Position numbers and translations under genes: made by a program | Notes under the pieces: model-generated | The model's input: the letters and a program-made list of their open reading frames with translations, nothing else | What the model was told of the DNA's origin: nothing | Database searches by the model: none | NCBI GenBank assembly: GCA_938030905.1 | Contig: CALHIW010000075.1 | Span: 1-40,004 of the forward strand | Reading direction: 5' to 3' | DNA: 40,004 bases | DNA from: Candidatus Methanomethylicia archaeon | GTDB taxonomy: Archaea; Thermoproteota; Methanomethylicia; CALHIW01 | In this document: positions 18,840-29,369 of the stretch, piece after piece | How positions within the stretch are numbered: position 1 is the first letter of the stretch | Layout of the letters: the number at the start of each line of letters is the position of its first letter

Positions 18840-21800
18840 TTACCTCATTCTTATACTTACTATTTCACTATATAGTTTATGTAGAACATCTTGATAGTTA
18901 ATGCTTCCCTCCTCTATTAAATCCATTATTTCTTCAAGTTTTCTTGTTGTCTCTTCAGATACAAATTCGTTAAATTCATTGGAAAGATAAATGTAGACCA
19001 TGTACCCCTTCTTCGTTGAAATTATGTTTCCTTTAAGGCTTTCCTTTACATATCCTCTTTGAAATATTGTTTCCATGATTTTAGCATATGTTGACGGTCT
19101 TCCTATTCCTCTAATTTTCATTAGTCCTATTATATCGCCCTGTGTTAGTAAATTAACTACCGGCGCCTTCCAGTTCTGTACATTTACCACTCTTACTGTC
19201 CCCTCCTTGATTTCCGGTATCAAGCGAAGAGGCTTTATAAGGCTAAAGCCAGGTTTAACTATGTGTATGTAGCCTTCAATTTTTTCAATGTGGTATTCAA
19301 TAGATATTTCGCATTTTTGCTTAATTACTTTTGTAGGTGTCATTTGGCTTGCAATAAACCTTTTAAATATAATATCATATAATGCTAGATGATCATCCGT
19401 TAATCTCTTAGCAAGTCTTATAATGCCTAATGCCAGTAGCTGTCTAAGTCTTGCTGTATCTATAGGTTTTGTTGGTCTTATACATTCATGTACTCCTTCT
19501 CCTGACCATCCACGGGGCTTAAAGAACTTTTCACCAAATCTATCCTTAATGTATTCTAATGCTATATTTTGTCCAATTGAAGAAACTCTTATACTATCAG
19601 TTCTATGATATGTTATTAAGCCTAATTCAAATAAGTCTTGAGCTAAAGTCATAATTTTATTAATACTAAACTTTAATGTTGATGCTGCCTCGTTAAGTAG
19701 CGAGTCTGTTGAAAACGGTGGCGGTGGGTTGACTTCCTCTTCCTCCTTAACAACCCATTTAACTATACATGTTAAATTTTTCAATTTATCTATTTCCTTC
19801 TTAGTCTCATCATGTTTCATCAATGGTTTTTTTAAAACTATCTTAATTCCGTTTTCTAATGTAAGTTCGAAGAAATCCTGAATATTTCTCCTAGTTTCAC
19901 TTGTCCTTTCAACAATCCAGCCTAAAACAGGAGTTTGAACTCTTCCAGCTGATAATCGGTAATTATTAAACTTAGACCATAACTTCTTACTAAGCTCAAA
20001 GCCAATCCATCTATCCTCAATTCTCCGTACTATTTGAGCCTCTACAAGTTTATGATTGATGTCACGCATATTTTTTAACGCATTTACTAATGCTCTTTTT
20101 GTTATTTCGTGAAACTCAATTCTTTTAATCATAGAAGTATATGGCATCAGCATCTGTGCAATATCCCATCCTATTTTTTCCCCCTCAGCATCAGCATCAG
20201 TTCCTATTAAAACCATATCCACCTCTAAAGCCGCTTCTCTTAATGCCTCTATAATCCACATTTTATCCTCTAGGGAAGATTGGCAGGATGGACATTCCCT
20301 TATTGGTTCTGTAAACGTTTTCTTACACTTTAAACACCTCCTAATAGTGATGTATGTTGGTACAAATTTTCCATCAATACTTAATACACCGTATAAACTA
20401 TTATTTCCCAAATCATGAGTTGGTATATCGAAGACATGTCCTCCACTAGCAGCTATGTTAAGAACTAAATCTCCTGTACTTACTTCATAAACAATTAGCT
20501 TATGAATAGTTCTTTTACTAGGTTTACCAAAGAACTTTGCTATAGTTCTTGCCTTAGTAGGCGACTCAACAACTAGAAGTGCTGTTTTAACTATGTCTTG
20601 AAACTCTGGGCTTATTACTCCATCCATTAGTTTTCTTATTGTAGCTCTATCATTATCTACAACCTCTAAAATCTCAGTAATATTGATATCCCTAATATTC
20701 TTCCAGTTTATTTCTTCAACATACCATTTAACTTCCTTCATTAATCCATTAAATGCCTTATCATCATCGATAATAACTATGGAGATACCCTTTGATACTC
20801 CTCCAAGGTATAATCTTGAAGTTCTACCTGATGCTTGAATATACGCGGCGACATCTGGAACTATAAGATATGGCTTATTCAACTCGGAGCTTATTGATAA
20901 GTGAGGTGCTAGTTTGATTTTCTCCCTGATATCCTCTCTTTCTATTAGATTTGTTAAAAACGAAATTATTTCAATAAACTTCCTCCTAACCTTTTCAAGG
21001 AAGCCTGTAAGCTCAACACCTTGTTTTACAGCATCAACTATTTTCTTCATTTCATCCCTTCTAATAATTGCTATTAAGTTCCTAAGATCCATTATGTATC
21101 TGTCTACCAAATCCTGTTCTTCCTGCTTCAATAGATCTCTTAAATTTGCAAGTAGTATTAGTATGCGTGAAGGTTTAAATTCCTCCTTAATATCGAGGCT
21201 AATTTTAAACTTTGGAACTCCAGCAAATATAACATACCTAATTCTATGTGGAATATCAATACCTCTAGTTAATGGGCTTCTATAGGAAGCTATACCGATG
21301 AGGACATCATACTTGCCATTAGTAAAATCCTCTATGAGCTTCCTTTTAGATTTACTATAAATACCAGCATTAATACCATGCTCTATGAGTTTCCTGTAAA
21401 GTTTCTCAGCATATTCTACTCCTTTATCCATTGGGATAAATACAATACCGCCAGAACCTAATCTCCCTATAAGTTCAATAACTTTATCCTCAACTACACA
21501 TACATCACGAACATATATATCCTCTATGTTTCTAGTAAATTCTATTCTGGATCCTACTTCAAATCCTAGTAGCTCATTGAATAGCTTAACTCTTTTGGTC
21601 CTCTTAGCCTTGGTTAAAGCTCCTGAAACTATGAGAGTTCCTGTCTTTGTTCTATTTATGAAGTTGCTAATAGCTTCTCTAATATTTTCAATTTCGTGCT
21701 CTATACTATCCATTTCTCTAGATGTTGTTTTTCGTCTTTGAAGCTTTGAAAGCTTAGCTCTTAGATCCACAAGTTTAAAGCCATTAGATATGATTTCAGG

Positions 21801-22523
21801 AGTTAAACCTAGAAGCATAAGTACTTTATCCAAATTCTTCGAAGATTTTAATAAAGAATCAACATCATCTACAAAAACCAAGTCGAATAGGTATTTTGAA
21901 ACTACGTTAAAGTTATTAGTGAGAAAGTTTGAAGTAGTAATTAGTACATTGAATTCACCATTAATAATCTTGTTAAGCTCCTTTTTTCTCTCATACCCAT
22001 CTAAAACTGAGTGGTAACGTGAAACTTTAATGTTTAGACTAAGCTTTTCAATAAAGGTGTTAATCTTATTGTAAACCTGCTCAGCTAAAATTGCTGTCGG
22101 AACAATAATATAGCTACGTTTCCCATTTAGAGCATTATATACTGATAATGTAATTCCAAAAACTGTCTTGCCCATACCAGTAGGAGCTATTATAGCAAAA
22201 CTTCTACCAGCTAATGCTCTTCTAGCCCATGCCCTTTGAGCACTCCAAAGTCTACTTCCAGTAGTCTTATGAAACAACTCCTCTAACTCCTTAAGCTTAA
22301 CATCGATACTAAATAGGCTGTAAAGTCCACTTAATGTATTATGACTTTTTAAAAGTTCATAAATTTTAAATTTAAAATTTTCACTATCTACTATTGACGA
22401 CATCTCGGTTATTTTCTCACATGGGATTGGAAGGCATTTCTCACAAGGTACTCCTAATGAAAGTCTTACATCTGATATATCCCCCCCACAATTCGGACAA
22501 GCATTTAAAAATAATGCCTTCAT
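18840..22523 (-). CDS. rgy: Reverse gyrase
   Basis: 1227 aa. N-terminal Zn finger CPNCGG..CEKC; helicase motifs APTGMGKT and VDDVD; second Zn finger CLKCKK..CPSC. Topo IA part has Toprim ESPTKARTI, GTDADAEGEKI and the active-site region LITYHRTDS. Confidence 0.95.
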   Translation of the reverse strand: MKALFLNACPNCGGDISDVRLSLGVPCEKCLPIPCEKITEMSSIVDSENFKFKIYELLKSHNTLSGLYSLFSIDVKLKELEELFHKTTGSRLWSAQRAWARRALAGRSFAIIAPTGMGKTVFGITLSVYNALNGKRSYIIVPTAILAEQVYNKINTFIEKLSLNIKVSRYHSVLDGYERKKELNKIINGEFNVLITTSNFLTNNFNVVSKYLFDLVFVDDVDSLLKSSKNLDKVLMLLGLTPEIISNGFKLVDLRAKLSKLQRRKTTSREMDSIEHEIENIREAISNFINRTKTGTLIVSGALTKAKRTKRVKLFNELLGFEVGSRIEFTRNIEDIYVRDVCVVEDKVIELIGRLGSGGIVFIPMDKGVEYAEKLYRKLIEHGINAGIYSKSKRKLIEDFTNGKYDVLIGIASYRSPLTRGIDIPHRIRYVIFAGVPKFKISLDIKEEFKPSRILILLANLRDLLKQEEQDLVDRYIMDLRNLIAIIRRDEMKKIVDAVKQGVELTGFLEKVRRKFIEIISFLTNLIEREDIREKIKLAPHLSISSELNKPYLIVPDVAAYIQASGRTSRLYLGGVSKGISIVIIDDDKAFNGLMKEVKWYVEEINWKNIRDINITEILEVVDNDRATIRKLMDGVISPEFQDIVKTALLVVESPTKARTIAKFFGKPSKRTIHKLIVYEVSTGDLVLNIAASGGHVFDIPTHDLGNNSLYGVLSIDGKFVPTYITIRRCLKCKKTFTEPIRECPSCQSSLEDKMWIIEALREAALEVDMVLIGTDADAEGEKIGWDIAQMLMPYTSMIKRIEFHEITKRALVNALKNMRDINHKLVEAQIVRRIEDRWIGFELSKKLWSKFNNYRLSAGRVQTPVLGWIVERTSETRRNIQDFFELTLENGIKIVLKKPLMKHDETKKEIDKLKNLTCIVKWVVKEEEEVNPPPPFSTDSLLNEAASTLKFSINKIMTLAQDLFELGLITYHRTDSIRVSSIGQNIALEYIKDRFGEKFFKPRGWSGEGVHECIRPTKPIDTARLRQLLALGIIRLAKRLTDDHLALYDIIFKRFIASQMTPTKVIKQKCEISIEYHIEKIEGYIHIVKPGFSLIKPLRLIPEIKEGTVRVVNVQNWKAPVVNLLTQGDIIGLMKIRGIGRPSTYAKIMETIFQRGYVKESLKGNIISTKKGYMVYIYLSNEFNEFVSEETTRKLEEIMDLIEEGSINYQDVLHKLYSEIVSIRMR

Positions 22524-23053
22524 ATATTGCCTAAAGCCTAATCATTCCAATGCTATTAAACTTTTCTAATGCGATATTTATCTTGTGAAGTTAAAACAAT
22601 TAACTACATGACTTCATATTTAAAGTTTATAGAGTCTTAATGTCAGATCTTAAGTACCGAATTAGTGATTTATAATTATTACTACATAAAAATTTAATTA
22701 CATGTTATGTGTCATCATGATTTAGTAGTGCTACTATATGGAGGCTGGCTAAATCCATAATTTTAGATATTGATTTTCCATAATTCTTGAGGAGTTAGTA
22801 AAAACGTTAAGCTTGACAAGCTAAGATTGATGAGAACTCCATTAACTCAAAAAATCCATAAGATGATAAATACATTAATATAATCACGTATATATATATC
22901 TATGTTAACTATAAGTGTACCTCCCATAATCTTAATTCATAAGTTTAAATCTCTCTTACGGTAAGACTTACCCCTTCCTTAAATATTGTAGTTGTTAATC
23001 AGCTATGTTTATCTACTTAAGTTACTGGAATGCTATTAACATGAAACATAGAT

Positions 23054-23719
23054 TTAATGATTGCTGGATAACGCCTCATTAATGAATGGATTAATACTCT
23101 TTTCTCTACCTATTGTTGTTTCAGGACCATGACCAGGATATATCACCGTTGTATCTGGAAGATTTTGAAGTAGCTTTCTTAGTGAGTTTTTTAATTCCTC
23201 CCATGATCCACCTGGAATATCAGTTCTACCTACACTACCCCTAAATATTGTATCTCCACTTAGCAAGCTCTTTAACTCCCTAATATATATGCTTATACTA
23301 CCTGGAGAATGGCCTGGTGTATGGATTATTTTAAGCTTAAATTCTTCAAATTCTACCTCTACTTCATTATCAAGAATTATATCTGGATTTTGAGGCTCAT
23401 CAATATTAGTTCTTAGGAAAAGATATGAGCTAATCTTAGCGTAGCTAAGCATTTCTAAGTCTAACTTATGAATTATGAATAAGCCTCCTCTGCTCTCCTT
23501 TAGTTTTTTAACGGCTGAAACATGGTCAAAATGTCCATGGGTAGCAATAATATATTTAATATGAGTATTCTTGAGAGCTTTAATTATTTTAGCTGGATCC
23601 CATCCAGGATCCACGACTATAGCATTATTTGTATTCTCATCAACTAATATGTAACAGTTTGTTTCAAGAGGCCCAACAGTTACTTTTCTTATCTTAAATA
23701 TGGATCTAACCATATTCAT
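23054..23719 (-). CDS. Metallo-beta-lactamase-fold hydrolase (glyoxalase II-like)
   Basis: THGHFDH (HxHxDH), ..HTPGHSPGS.., ..GDTIFRGSVGRTD.., ..YPGHG... Confidence 0.8.
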   Translation of the reverse strand: MNMVRSIFKIRKVTVGPLETNCYILVDENTNNAIVVDPGWDPAKIIKALKNTHIKYIIATHGHFDHVSAVKKLKESRGGLFIIHKLDLEMLSYAKISSYLFLRTNIDEPQNPDIILDNEVEVEFEEFKLKIIHTPGHSPGSISIYIRELKSLLSGDTIFRGSVGRTDIPGGSWEELKNSLRKLLQNLPDTTVIYPGHGPETTIGREKSINPFINEALSSNH

Positions 23720-23860
23720 GCTAATTAGCTATCAAATATATAATTAACGCATTTGGTAAGAAATTAGCAGTTATACAAGTTCTAGGGAGCTCACCATTAA
23801 TTAGTTTGTAGAATATATAAGGTTGAGTTATTTTAATAACTTAGCTATTTGGTGAGTTAA

Positions 23861-24931
23861 ATGGTTGATGAGAAAATAGTTAAAATAGCTAACTTACTTC
23901 TTGAGTATTCAACAGAGGTTAAAAGCAATGATAAAGTATTAATATATGCTGATTTAGCTGCTAAAGATTTAGCGTTGGAAATTTATAAAAATGCTCTTAT
24001 TAAGGGGGCTTATCCATGGATTAGAGTTGAAATTCCTGGAAGACAATACATGTTTTATAAGTATGCTCAAGATAAGCATATTCAATTCTTTCCTGAAATC
24101 GATATGTTCGAAATTAAAAATACTGATGTATATATTGCTTTAAGAGCTCCATTAAATGTAAAGGAGCTTTCATCTATTGATCCATCAAGAATTGGTATAC
24201 GAATGAAAGTTTTAAAACCTATATTTGATTGGCGTGTTGAAAAAACAAGATGGGTTGTTTTCTATTATCCAACTGAAGGATTAGCGCAGGAAGCAGGTAT
24301 GTCTCTTCAAGAGTTTGAAGACTTTGTATTTAACGCTTGCCTTATTGATTGGAAGAAAACATCTATAGAACTACATAAAATTAAAGATAGACTTAATAAA
24401 ACAGATAAAGTTAAAATTATAGGCCTAGATACCGATATAGAATTTAGCGTCAAAAATAGAAGCTCTGTGGTCGCTGATGGTAAGAGAAACATGCCTGATG
24501 GAGAAGTTTTCACATCAGTGGTTGAAGATAGCGTTAATGGAGTAGTAAGATTTGACATACCAGCAGCTTTTTATGGAAACATAGTTGAAGATATCTATTT
24601 AAAATTTAAAGACGGCGTTGTCACTGAGTGTAAGGCTAGATTTAATGAAGTTTTTCTCAAAAAAATACTAGATACAGATGAAGGAGCTAGAAGAATAGGT
24701 GAGTTTGGCATAGGTCTTAACTACAATATTACCAGAAGTGTTAAGGAAATACTGTTTGATGAGAAAATTGGAGGTACAATACATTTAGCATTGGGAAGAG
24801 GCTATAGTGAAACTTTAAGTAAAAATGAATCAGCAATACATTGGGATATGATTAAAGATCTAAGAGTCGATGGAAAAATATACTTTGATGATGAACTAGT
24901 AATGAAGGATGGAAAATGGTTTATACTATGA
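23861..24931 (+). CDS. Aminopeptidase, M29 (AmpS/PepS/aminopeptidase T) family
   Basis: 356 aa. ..NMPDGEVFTS.. and ..GGTIHLALGRGY..NESAIHWDMI.. match the metal-ligand regions of M29 thermophilic aminopeptidases as I recall them. Confidence 0.7.
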   Translation: MVDEKIVKIANLLLEYSTEVKSNDKVLIYADLAAKDLALEIYKNALIKGAYPWIRVEIPGRQYMFYKYAQDKHIQFFPEIDMFEIKNTDVYIALRAPLNVKELSSIDPSRIGIRMKVLKPIFDWRVEKTRWVVFYYPTEGLAQEAGMSLQEFEDFVFNACLIDWKKTSIELHKIKDRLNKTDKVKIIGLDTDIEFSVKNRSSVVADGKRNMPDGEVFTSVVEDSVNGVVRFDIPAAFYGNIVEDIYLKFKDGVVTECKARFNEVFLKKILDTDEGARRIGEFGIGLNYNITRSVKEILFDEKIGGTIHLALGRGYSETLSKNESAIHWDMIKDLRVDGKIYFDDELVMKDGKWFIL

Positions 24932-24994
24932 AATGGTTTTAAAATATTTAGGCTTTTTCTATATCTTTATTATTATAAATATGGGTGTGTTATG

Positions 24995-25600
24995 GATTTA
25001 AACATTATTGTTAATTCTTTCATATCTTATTATCGCTCTTCTGAATGTTTAGCTATGAGTTAAATCTCTACTACTAATCTTATTCTCCACATCTACATCG
25101 TATAGTATATCTCCATTCCTAGGATTTCATATGTTGCCTCCACACATCTTCAATCACTCTTACCCTATCTACATCATATGCTAAACCTCATAGAGCTTTT
25201 AGACTACACTTAAACTTATTGTAAAGATGGTTGAAGAGTTTAAGTCATGAACATTACCAAGATATTGTATTTGTAAGAACCTCATCAACAATTACATAGA
25301 TCCCACATTCTTCCATGCTTAAGTATCATGCCTCCCAATTCCCGGCCTCTATAACTATCCATATTCCTCACATCATAGATACCAGAAACCTTAATACCCC
25401 ATCCTCCCAAAGCGTCCTCCAGAAGTCGCATAGAAGACATCTACAAGCATACCACCCACAGCCACTATAGACAATGTAAAGTAATGATATTAATCAGCAA
25501 CCATAACCCCCACCCTAATAGACTAGAGGAGGCAAATATCAATCAGGCCCCACCCAAGACCACTAATCCACTCCATAAAGCTATAAAAACAAGACCTAAA
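24995..25600 (-). pseudogene. Second, more decayed copy of the IS5-family transposase seen at 6050-6759
   Basis: Minus-strand fragments are collinear with copy 1. LISLLYIVYSGCGW matches ILYILTTRCRW. MDSYRGRELGG.. matches IDSSTVEAKGG. GLAYDVDRVRVIEDV matches ADSAYDTEAMRDRL. TFRRAIIRYERINNN matches RFRRIIIRYKKASNN. Numerous stops and frameshifts. Confidence 0.45.
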
Positions 25601-26110
25601 TATTTTGAAACTATCTCTATAAATAAACATTAATTATGGCTCTCCTGTAATTCTTCATTACAGGCCGTGTTTAGAGTAGGCTATTATGTGATTCATGGCT
25701 TTCACTCCCCTCTTTACTATCAGAGGATGCAGACCTCCACTATCAATAGTAAGGAAGCAAACATCAAAAGCTTATAGCTTAAAGTTGTATGTAGTTTAAC
25801 TTCCTACATTTAAAGACATGAGTATCCTGTTTTACATATCTACATCTTAAATATTCTTACAAAATCATAAATGGCCTTAGGATATTCGCAATAAGGAAAA
25901 TTACGAAAAGAATTTCTAGCTTTCCTAGCTACTAGATAAGTTGTGAATTTTTTATCTTCAAGAAAGCTTATCGGCTTAAATATAAGGTTAAGGAATACCT
26001 TGTAAATACACTTAAACATACTCAAAATATAGAGGGAATCGGCAATAATGCTATAAAGGATATTTTCTATCTATTATTTAGAAATGTTCTATTTATATGC
26101 TACTTAGAAA

Positions 26111-26147
26111 TTTTTATATATACCATTTCCTTCTAGGGTTTAGGTGG
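26111..26147 (+). promoter_or_regulatory. TATA-like box (TTTTTATATAT, 26111-26121) and Shine-Dalgarno-like AGGTGG (26142-26147) ahead of TTG 26154
   Basis: Both lie inside the 5' end of the long ORF 26097..27248. AGGTGG sits 6 nt before in-frame TTG 26154, which precedes the basic/hydrophobic signal-anchor KNIGKKAVIIIVVILIV. Confidence 0.35.
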
Positions 26148-26153
26148 CCTGTA

Positions 26154-27248
26154 TTGAAAAATATAGGTAAAAAAGCTGTTATAATTATAGTGGTTATTCT
26201 TATAGTTTCAATAGCAATATTTCTTACAACATTTAGTAAGCCAGTAGAGTCTAGACATATCACCATTAAATTTTCATATCAGCCCTCAGATCATCATTTA
26301 CCAGCCTTCATTATGTTAAGTAAAAAATGGATTGAGTTTGAAGCTGCTAAGCTTGGATACAGTATAGCTATTATTGAGAAGCCGTTCCCTAGTGGTCCAC
26401 CACAAGTTGAGAGGTTTCTAGCTGGTGATATCGATGTTATGTATGTCGGTGTAGCTCCAGTTATTAGTGCTGTAGCTAAGTATCTTGAGGCTAAGCAATC
26501 TGGCCGATCTATACCGCAGGCTATTGTAGTTGCTATAGCTCAATACCATGGCTCAGCGCTTATAGTAAATCCTGAATTAAACTATACTGGTCCAAAAAGC
26601 CTAATTGGAAAAGTAGTTGCAACATATCCTCCTGGTAGTATTCAGCATACAATCATGATTAACTGGCTTAGAAATAATGGATTAAAACCTGGAGATTTAG
26701 GTGATCCTAATGTAAATGTATATATTAAACCAGTTTCTGGTTCTCAGGAACAGATCGAATTATTATTAGCTAGAAAGGTAGATGCTATATTTGCCCCATC
26801 ACCAACTCCTGAAATTTGTGAAGTTAAAAATATTGGTAAAGTAGCTATTTCAAGCGGTGATATGGTACCAAATCATCCATGCTGTGTATTTACCATAAGT
26901 AGAGAGTTCTACGAGAAATATCCGGATTTAGCTAAACTACTAGTTAAGCTGCATGTAAAAGCTGAGAGATACATTGCTGAGAATACGGTTGAAGCTATTG
27001 AAATTGGTGCTTTAAAACTTTCTGAGCTTTGGGGCTATAATACAACTTTCACTAGATACGTATTGATGAAAACATTTACAGATAATAAAACAAAAATTAT
27101 ATTTAATCCAGATCCAGGTAAGGCTGAGGAGGGATTGGTTATGTTTATTAATGCAATGTATAATATAGGATCAATAAAGGTTAAACCGGAAGTTAATGAT
27201 TTGCTTAACAAATCAATATATGATGAAGCCGTTAAAGAATCCTTATAA
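26154..27248 (+). CDS. ABC transporter substrate-binding protein, NMT1/SsuA/TauA-like (NitT/TauT family)
   Basis: N-terminal membrane anchor followed by a periplasmic-binding-protein-like body. It is followed directly by a cognate permease and ATPase. Start uncertain (ATG 26097 or TTG 26154). Confidence 0.65.
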   Translation: MKNIGKKAVIIIVVILIVSIAIFLTTFSKPVESRHITIKFSYQPSDHHLPAFIMLSKKWIEFEAAKLGYSIAIIEKPFPSGPPQVERFLAGDIDVMYVGVAPVISAVAKYLEAKQSGRSIPQAIVVAIAQYHGSALIVNPELNYTGPKSLIGKVVATYPPGSIQHTIMINWLRNNGLKPGDLGDPNVNVYIKPVSGSQEQIELLLARKVDAIFAPSPTPEICEVKNIGKVAISSGDMVPNHPCCVFTISREFYEKYPDLAKLLVKLHVKAERYIAENTVEAIEIGALKLSELWGYNTTFTRYVLMKTFTDNKTKIIFNPDPGKAEEGLVMFINAMYNIGSIKVKPEVNDLLNKSIYDEAVKESL

Positions 27249-27277
27249 GTTAATTTCTATTTGATAGTTGACAATAT

Positions 27278-28033
27278 ATGAAGTTTAGAGATGGCTTAAC
27301 ATCGTTAACATCTATTACTGTATTTACTTTACTATGGGAACTGGCTTCAGAAATTCGAATTCTTCCTGCTACTTTACCTAGGCCTATTGATGTTGCTTTC
27401 TCCATTTATACATTAATAGATAAAATTCCAGTACATGCATATCATAGTATTAGCCATTTCATGGCCGGATTTGCTATGGCTTTAGTTATTGCTATTCCTA
27501 TTGGCGCGTTGTCTGGATGGTACCATTTAGTAAGGGCTTTTATTAAGCCTATAGTAGAGATTATTAGACCAATTCCGCCAATAGCATGGATTCCATTCGC
27601 CCTCATATCTTTTAGAAATGATTTTGAAGCATCCTCCCTCATAATATTTATAGGTTCCTTCTTTCCAATATTTACAAATACCTTTCTAGGATTTAGTAAT
27701 GTACCATTAGAGTACGTAGAAATAGCTAAGACGTTAGGAGCTAGTGATCTATATATTCTAGTTAAAGTTGCTCTTCCATCCTCTCTTCCATCTATACTAA
27801 GTGGTATTAGAACTGGTGTAGGTATTGGATGGATGTGCGTTGTTGCAGCTGAAATGTTTGGTCCTCCAGGTCTAGGTCTTCAAATAATGAATATGAGATA
27901 TTTGCATGATATATCTGCAGTAGCAGCATACATGTTAATTATCGGTGTAATAGGCTTTATTCTCGAGAGAATTGTTAGAATTGTTGAGATTAAAACTTTA
28001 AAGTGGCAAAAAGGCTTTATTAGACAATTTTAA
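27278..28033 (+). CDS. ABC transporter permease (NitT/TauT family, SsuC/TauC-like)
   Basis: 251 aa, ~6 TM, with an EAA-like loop ..YVEIAKTLGASDLYILVKVALPSSLPSILSGIRTG... Confidence 0.8.
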   Translation: MKFRDGLTSLTSITVFTLLWELASEIRILPATLPRPIDVAFSIYTLIDKIPVHAYHSISHFMAGFAMALVIAIPIGALSGWYHLVRAFIKPIVEIIRPIPPIAWIPFALISFRNDFEASSLIIFIGSFFPIFTNTFLGFSNVPLEYVEIAKTLGASDLYILVKVALPSSLPSILSGIRTGVGIGWMCVVAAEMFGPPGLGLQIMNMRYLHDISAVAAYMLIIGVIGFILERIVRIVEIKTLKWQKGFIRQF

Positions 28034-28789
28034 GTGGTTGTATTGGCTGAGCTAAATATTGTAGGTGTTAGCAAATCTTTCAATAATCTTAAAGTACTTA
28101 ATAACATATCATTCACCGCTAAACCTGGAAAGCTTATTGGGGTTTTAGGTCCTTCAGGCTGTGGTAAAACAACTCTTCTAAGAGTTTTAAGCGGTATCGA
28201 AAAGGCAGATTCCGGTAAAGTGCTTATTAATAATGAAGCACCCGACACATGTAAACATAAAATAGGCTATGTTCCTCAGAGCCTTACACTATATCCTTGG
28301 AGAACTGTTGAGGAAAACGTCCTATTTGGATTGGAAATTAGGGGTACTGATAAAAAATCCAGTAGTGAACTTGCTTATAATCTTCTTAAAGCTGTAGGAT
28401 TATATGAATTTAAAGATTATTATCCTCATGAAATATCTGGAGGTATGAAAGCTAGGGCATGTCTTGCAAGGGCTTTAGCTATAGATCCCGATGTCCTACT
28501 AATGGATGAGCCCTTTGCAAATATTGATACCCAAACAAGATACTACCTTCAGCTTGAAGTTCTTAAAATTCATCAGAAATATAAGAAAACCACTGTGTTT
28601 GTAAGTCATAATGTTGAGGAAATAGTTTTTTTAGCTGATACCGTAATTGTTTTAACAAGAAGGCCAGCAACGGTAAAGAAAGAACTAGATCTCTCAACAA
28701 TACTACCGAAGCCCAGAAGCATATTTAGTGAAGAATTTCTAAACATTAGGAAAAACCTTATCCAACTAATTCAGGAAGAATTTACATAA
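28034..28789 (+). CDS. ABC transporter ATP-binding protein (NitT/TauT family, SsuB/TauB-like)
   Basis: Walker A GPSGCGKTT, signature ISGGMKARACLARAL, Walker B LLMDEPF. A GTG start abuts the permease stop. Confidence 0.88.
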   Translation: MVVLAELNIVGVSKSFNNLKVLNNISFTAKPGKLIGVLGPSGCGKTTLLRVLSGIEKADSGKVLINNEAPDTCKHKIGYVPQSLTLYPWRTVEENVLFGLEIRGTDKKSSSELAYNLLKAVGLYEFKDYYPHEISGGMKARACLARALAIDPDVLLMDEPFANIDTQTRYYLQLEVLKIHQKYKKTTVFVSHNVEEIVFLADTVIVLTRRPATVKKELDLSTILPKPRSIFSEEFLNIRKNLIQLIQEEFT

Positions 28790-29024
28790 AAGTTTCTAAC
28801 CTAATGTCATTAGAAACTCACTAGAAGCATCTGATAATATTTTCAAAACAGCACAATTATACCTCATATCAAATATCATGAGACCGTTTTCCTAATACTT
28901 ACATGTCATACACGTAGACTTAACATTATAATATATTCCTTAAGAACCAATTAAGACTGTAGAGCTCCATTATAGGTCTTATTAATGAAGTTTATAATTA
29001 TTGTAAAATTATTCTCAATACATT

Positions 29025-29369
29025 CTACCCATCTTCATCTTTAATGCTATTCAAATCTATTTTTCCAATACATGAATCACATTGAAAACCCTTCTTTTCT
29101 AAATCTACATTAAGCTCTTTTAGGCTCAAATATGCTGGATGAAAATCACCATTTTCAGCTAATGTTTTAAGAATTTCTATTCCATAGTTATAGTTTTCCT
29201 CTTGAATATATTTAAATGCCTCCATATATAAAACAATCTTTATTGACTCTCCCACCTCTTCATTCTCGACGTATCCAGGATCATAGTAGAGTTTACCAAG
29301 ACATTTATTACATAGCTTATATCTAAATAAGACCTTAAGCGCTGAATCAATAGTTGCCAACTCAGTCAT
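29025..29369 (-). CDS. 114-aa zinc-ribbon protein resembling only the N-terminal module of tRNA pseudouridine synthase Pus10
   Basis: ..YKLCNKCLGKLYYDPGYVENEEVGESIKIVLYME.....FQCDSCIGKIDL... A C-x2-C-L-G-(R/K) knuckle plus a distal CxxC is the pattern I recall for the Pus10 N-terminal Zn ribbon. No THUMP or catalytic part follows; 235 bp of ORF-free DNA comes next. Confidence 0.35.
   Translation of the reverse strand: MTELATIDSALKVLFRYKLCNKCLGKLYYDPGYVENEEVGESIKIVLYMEAFKYIQEENYNYGIEILKTLAENGDFHPAYLSLKELNVDLEKKGFQCDSCIGKIDLNSIKDEDG

Noticed and set aside
19075-22017. Six plus-strand ORFs inside the reverse gyrase gene (19075..19272, 19423..19608, 20914..21285, 21526..21741, 21790..22017)
   Set aside because: They are antisense to a 1227-aa ORF with all reverse gyrase motifs. 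The peptides are Ser/Leu/Ile-rich with no motifs.
25840-26025. 61-aa intergenic ORF upstream of the ABC transporter
   Set aside because: No motif. It sits in AT-rich promoter-like DNA next to transposase debris. It cannot be supported from sequence alone.
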